64,000 nt of DNA, from NCBI GenBank assembly GCA_963733095.1, contig CAVTBV010000003.1:32001-96000 (forward strand), read 5' to 3'. Of the stretch, positions 59,889-64,000 are shown in pieces. Below the pieces are notes generated by a model that searched no databases, was not told where the DNA came from, and saw only the letters and a list, made by a program, of their open reading frames with translations. The translations under genes were made by a program, and so were the position numbers. The DNA comes from Candidatus Bathyarchaeota archaeon (lineage in GTDB: Archaea > Thermoproteota > Bathyarchaeia > Bathyarchaeales > Bathycorpusculaceae). Position 1 is the first letter of the stretch; the number at the start of each line of letters is the position of its first letter.

Positions 59889-60176
59889 TTGATAAATTTT
59901 GAAGATATTGTGGGGTTGCAGGTAGTGACTTCAGGGGCAACGATTATTGGAGAAGTGAAAGGAGCAAAAATTGACACCGCGACTTGGTTGATAAAGTTTT
60001 TGAATGTGAAGCTTACTGGTGATGCTGCTGAGAGTCTTGGTTTGAAGAAGAGGTTTAGAAGTTCTAAGATTTGCATTCCAGTTGGCATGGTTCAAGCAGT
60101 CGCTCATGTAGTGACAATCAACAGGTCTACAGAAGAATTGGTAAGCTCTCAAGAGATTGCAGAGTGCAAAGAGTAA
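59889..60176 (+). CDS. PRC-barrel domain protein
   Basis: AGGTGA + TTG; IVGLQVVTSGATIIGEVKG…IDTATWLI…IPVGMVQAVAHVVTI. Confidence 0.85.
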   Translation: MINFEDIVGLQVVTSGATIIGEVKGAKIDTATWLIKFLNVKLTGDAAESLGLKKRFRSSKICIPVGMVQAVAHVVTINRSTEELVSSQEIAECKE

Positions 60177-60449
60177 AAAAAGTTAAATAGCATAACTAAA
60201 CTAAAATTCATTTTTTTCTTTTATTAATTTGTTGAAAGCATAATTGCACTTTTGTTCAAAATCACAATACATTTCTGCCCAGATGTGAATATATCCAAAG
60301 CCTTCTAACTATAATTAGCTAACAATGTGTGGAGGATAAAATAAATGAGCAAGAAATTACTAAGCCCGAAGGCGGGTTGTGTCCAGCACAGTGCATCTTC
60401 AGGTTACACTCCTGATTTTTTGTAGATTGTAAATAGGTTGAGTTTTTGT

Positions 60450-61298
60450 TTATTTTAAAACGCCGAAGATGTACGCGAGCAGTCCCATTAGGAACAAGTA
60501 AAGGACTATTTTTTTGATTTTTCGTGCTTTTTCCCTTGAATGATTCAGCAACAACATCCCCGAACAAGTAAGTAGACCTATGTCGGTCACTAATACAAAC
60601 GGAATAAACCAGACACCAACTAACCCCAAAAACCACGTGAGAGGCGTTAGGGCAACGGCAAAAACAAAGAAAACCACTGCTACGATGGCTGCGTTCCTTT
60701 CTCCAAACCGGACGGCTAATGTTTTGACGCCTTCGGTGCTATCGCCTTTAACGTCCACGATGCCCTTGGTAATTTCCCTGCCTGTGTTGGAGAGGAAAGC
60801 CATTGATGCAAATAGCAAAACATTCAAACCGACGGTTCCGATGGCGGTTATGCTGCCGTAGATGAAGGGTATGGCAACGCAGATGCTGACTAAAAAGTTT
60901 CCCGGTAACCCGCTACGTTTGCCAACGGTTATGTATGTTGCAGTTATAGCCAAAGATGCTCCTGCAACAATAAAACAAAGATAACTGACCAAGCCAGCGA
61001 AGACAAAACCCACCAAAGCTAGCGAACCCACAAATGCCAGGGCTTCAGCAGGTTTTATTGTGCCGCTTGGGATTGGACGTTGGGGTTCGTTGATGGCGTC
61101 GATTTTGCGGTCGTAGTAGTCGTTGATGACCATGGCGGCGGCGCAGAATGTGAACCCAGTTAGAAAACCGAACAGGATGTTAAGCCAATTCAAAGAGCCC
61201 AAAGAAGCAGCAAGAACCGCACCTACAAGTACGGCAAACCCCATCATTGCACAGTTGACTGGTCGCATTAACCTTATGAAGCCGCCAAGTTTATTCAT
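60450..61298 (-). CDS. UbiA prenyltransferase, probable digeranylgeranylglyceryl phosphate synthase
   Basis: LMRPVN, NDYYDRKIDAINEPQRPIPSG, REITKGIVDVKGD. Confidence 0.9.
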   Translation of the reverse strand: MNKLGGFIRLMRPVNCAMMGFAVLVGAVLAASLGSLNWLNILFGFLTGFTFCAAAMVINDYYDRKIDAINEPQRPIPSGTIKPAEALAFVGSLALVGFVFAGLVSYLCFIVAGASLAITATYITVGKRSGLPGNFLVSICVAIPFIYGSITAIGTVGLNVLLFASMAFLSNTGREITKGIVDVKGDSTEGVKTLAVRFGERNAAIVAVVFFVFAVALTPLTWFLGLVGVWFIPFVLVTDIGLLTCSGMLLLNHSREKARKIKKIVLYLFLMGLLAYIFGVLK

Positions 61299-61430
61299 GC
61301 TGCCGTACCCGTTTTGACACTAAGTTACTCAGGTTACCTATAAAATTGTATACCTACAATACAGAAAATCGGCTTCGGTTTTTAGAAACAGTTTAAAAGA
61401 CAGCAACAACTATCATCCAACAACAGCTTA

Positions 61431-62738
61431 TTGGTGAAGCCCTTGAGCAACAACTATGCCCCCCTCATCGGAGACAACTATGCTCCAGAAAAAATTCGCG
61501 TAATCATTCCTGTCGGCGGAAAAGCCACACGACTCCTACCCTTGACCGCTGAGACAAGCAAAGCCTGCCTACGCCTATTAAACAGGCCACTGGTGGAGTT
61601 TTCGCTTCTATCATTGGCAAGCCAAGGCATACGGAACTTCATATTCGGCGTCAAAGGCTATACCAACTACCGAGACCTCTATGATTACTTCGAATCCGGC
61701 GTTGGATTCTCCGCCCGATACAACATCAAACCTCGCATCCACATAAAATACCAGCCCAACGTCCCTGACCTTGGCAGCGCAGACTCTGCAAGAATCAACA
61801 TGGACTACTATGAACTATGCAACCCAGTTTTTGCGGTGCAAGGCGACAACATCTTTGACATAAAAGTCAAAAACCTGGTTGACTTCCACAAAGAAAAATG
61901 CGCAGCACTAACTATAGTACTCCGCGAAGTCGACAATGTGGAAGGCTTAGGCATAGCAGACATCGACAAAGACGGTCGCATCAAACGGTTCGTCGAAAAA
62001 CCTCTACCTAAAGATGCCCCAAGCAACCTTGCCAACACAGGCTTGTATGTGCTCTCGCCAGAGGTGCGCAAAATTTTCAGGGAAAAAGGCATCCAACAAA
62101 TCATCAAAGAAAAGAACCGTTTAGACTTTGGCTACGACTTTATACCTTACGTGATTTCAACTGGGCGCCCAGTTTATGGGTATACGTTAAAGGGCAGCTG
62201 GTTTGATGTTGGTACACCGAAGAGTTACTTGGAAGCCATGAAGAACCTCCTCGATGGAGGATTTTCAACACTAAATGATTTCGGCGGCAGATTAAACAAG
62301 GATACGCCCATTTGGGTGCAGGGGGAGAGTGCCGATTCAGAGAAGCGTCGTCAAGAGATTATTCAGAAAATTAAGCAGAAGAAAATCCAGCTTGAAGGTG
62401 CAGTTTTGATTGGGCGGCACTGCCAAATCGAAGATGGGGCTCGAATCGTTAACTCATGTATCGATGACTTTACTAGGATAGGAAAGAACGCAGTAGTCGC
62501 TAATTCAGCCGTCATGGACCGAGTTATAATCGGCGACAACGCAGAAATCTATGACAGCATAGTCGGTAGGCATGTGGCGGTTAACTCAAGTTGCCATAAA
62601 CCCACAAAAATTACCGCAGTCAGCGTAGTCGCCGACGACGTCACACTCGAAGAAGGCTGCTCATTGAGCGCAACTAAAATTTACCCTCACCAAACAATCC
62701 GCGGAGAGTTCCAAAACCAAACCATAATCGCAAATTAG
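61431..62738 (+). CDS. NDP-sugar synthase (sugar-phosphate nucleotidyltransferase) with hexapeptide repeats
   Basis: GGKATRLLPLT, QGDN, FVEKP, WFDVGTP, C-terminal left-handed beta-helix. Confidence 0.92.
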   Translation: MVKPLSNNYAPLIGDNYAPEKIRVIIPVGGKATRLLPLTAETSKACLRLLNRPLVEFSLLSLASQGIRNFIFGVKGYTNYRDLYDYFESGVGFSARYNIKPRIHIKYQPNVPDLGSADSARINMDYYELCNPVFAVQGDNIFDIKVKNLVDFHKEKCAALTIVLREVDNVEGLGIADIDKDGRIKRFVEKPLPKDAPSNLANTGLYVLSPEVRKIFREKGIQQIIKEKNRLDFGYDFIPYVISTGRPVYGYTLKGSWFDVGTPKSYLEAMKNLLDGGFSTLNDFGGRLNKDTPIWVQGESADSEKRRQEIIQKIKQKKIQLEGAVLIGRHCQIEDGARIVNSCIDDFTRIGKNAVVANSAVMDRVIIGDNAEIYDSIVGRHVAVNSSCHKPTKITAVSVVADDVTLEEGCSLSATKIYPHQTIRGEFQNQTIIAN

Positions 62739-63289
62739 GCCTTAAACCACTTAAAAATCAAATACTTAATTTCTTTCGAAGTCAAATCGGGCACGGCGAT
62801 TATGAAGCGTTTGCGAACGGTCGTTGCTAACCTGCCGTTCTTCACGATTTCCGTGGCAGAAATATCGGAACCCGCTTTCTTAACTGTCACCATGTACGGT
62901 GCATGTTCGACGCCCGGACCATACTTGTAGACGGCGAAGTCGCAACCGAACTTTATGCCTGGAGTAACGATTAAACCGCTGTCACGCAGGTCATGGTAAA
63001 CAGCGTATTTTTCTTCAAACCCATCGTAGAGTTGCTTGACTTTCAGCCGCAGTTTCCTTAGGCTAACCGTGGTTTCACCTGGGTTCTCGTAAATCTCGAT
63101 ACGTTCAACCTCAGCAAGATACAACCCCTCCATTAAATCCAAAATGAGGGGCACATCAAACTCGGGAATTTTTGGTTTTGGGATGCCTACTGGTTTGCCA
63201 TAGTAGGCGGTTTTGTAGAGTTCGGAGCCTTCAGTTGGGTTCCACACGACAAGGAAGTTTTCTATTAACTCAACTTTGGTTTTGGGCAT
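62735..63289 (-). CDS. endA: tRNA-intron endonuclease, catalytic subunit
   Basis: GIKFGCDFAVY, EHAPY, GRLATTVRK (Tyr/His/Lys triad). Confidence 0.93.
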   Translation of the reverse strand: MPKTKVELIENFLVVWNPTEGSELYKTAYYGKPVGIPKPKIPEFDVPLILDLMEGLYLAEVERIEIYENPGETTVSLRKLRLKVKQLYDGFEEKYAVYHDLRDSGLIVTPGIKFGCDFAVYKYGPGVEHAPYMVTVKKAGSDISATEIVKNGRLATTVRKRFIIAVPDLTSKEIKYLIFKWFKA

Positions 63290-63304
63290 CTGTGTCGCTC
63301 TAAG

Positions 63305-63964
63305 CTACATGATGAACGAGATCATACGGGCTACATCTGCGGCGTCTTCTGCTTTGTCAGCGGAGTTTTCCAGAAGCTGCAAAACGTCTCGCAGGAGCAG
63401 CAGGACGGGGGTTTCTAGTTTGCTGCTAAGGACTTTGATGGCTAAGGTGCGGTATTGGTCGTCGACTATGCGTTCGGCGATTTCTACGTCTTTGGCGCGT
63501 TCAAGGGTTTTTTGTGAGCCATAGTTTAAGACCAGCATGGTTTCTCGGAGTTTAAGTACGGAGTCCAAAACCGCTGATGACAGTTTTATGAGGTCTTTTT
63601 TGATTTCTGGCGAGATAACCCAGTTATGCTCCATAATCTCGACAAGGTAGTAAGCAATACCCTCTGAGAAATCTGCTATTTCACTCGATAAGTTGGTGAA
63701 CCTAAGGAAGTCTTCGCGAGCTATGAGGATGGCGCCTATTTCAGCTAGTTCCTGTGAGACCATGCGCCTTGCTTTGATGACTTCTTCTTCGCCTGCTCGA
63801 ACTTCACTTAAGAGTTTGCGTGCGTTTTCTTTGTCTCCGCTAGCAAAATACTCCACTAGTTGAGGGATTTTTCTTGAAACATCAACAACCTTACGTAAGT
63901 TATCTTGGCAAGCATTAAGTGCTCGACGCTTCACGCGTTCTTCTGTTTCTGCTGGAAGTACCAA
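63305..63964 (-). CDS. DUF47/PhoU-like phosphate transport regulator
   Basis: REDF, ERIVDDQYR, LENSADKAEDAAD helical repeats. Confidence 0.88.
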   Translation of the reverse strand: MVLPAETEERVKRRALNACQDNLRKVVDVSRKIPQLVEYFASGDKENARKLLSEVRAGEEEVIKARRMVSQELAEIGAILIAREDFLRFTNLSSEIADFSEGIAYYLVEIMEHNWVISPEIKKDLIKLSSAVLDSVLKLRETMLVLNYGSQKTLERAKDVEIAERIVDDQYRTLAIKVLSSKLETPVLLLLRDVLQLLENSADKAEDAADVARMISFIM

Positions 63965-64000
63965 ATCTTTCCCCCGCTATAATCAACCCTAAATTAATCG

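Noticed and set aside
1-64000. CRISPR array or rRNA genes
   Set aside because: No regularly spaced direct repeats or rRNA-like segments seen

Overview
Archaeal chromosomal window, most likely Bathyarchaeia (TACK). This is inferred from the co-occurrence of fwdDBAC, an ESCRT-III/CdvB gene, DGGGP synthase, EndA and many TTG starts with GGAGGTGA-type RBSs. Contents in order: small hypothetical genes and a site-2 protease; formylmethanofuran dehydrogenase fwdDBAC with fdhD/mobA/mobB; a ~9.5-kb type IV pilus locus with a convergent TrmB regulator; four ABC exporter pairs, alkA, pyrH and a NUDIX hydrolase; a stand-alone nurA-herA pair divergent from a wHTH gene plus a lone contractile-injection sheath gene; a protein fusing a CxxCH heme motif to a CcsA-type heme-lyase domain; a decayed integrative island (integrase pseudogene, tRNA-Ala 3' fragment, repeated palindromes, candidate structured RNAs); a membrane wHTH regulator with a thrice-repeated operator; cdvB, a PRC-barrel gene and housekeeping genes. 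The strongest novelty candidates are the CxxCH-CcsA fusion (possible self-maturing cytochrome c) and the orphan sheath. All product calls come from motif recognition by eye; no database searches were run.
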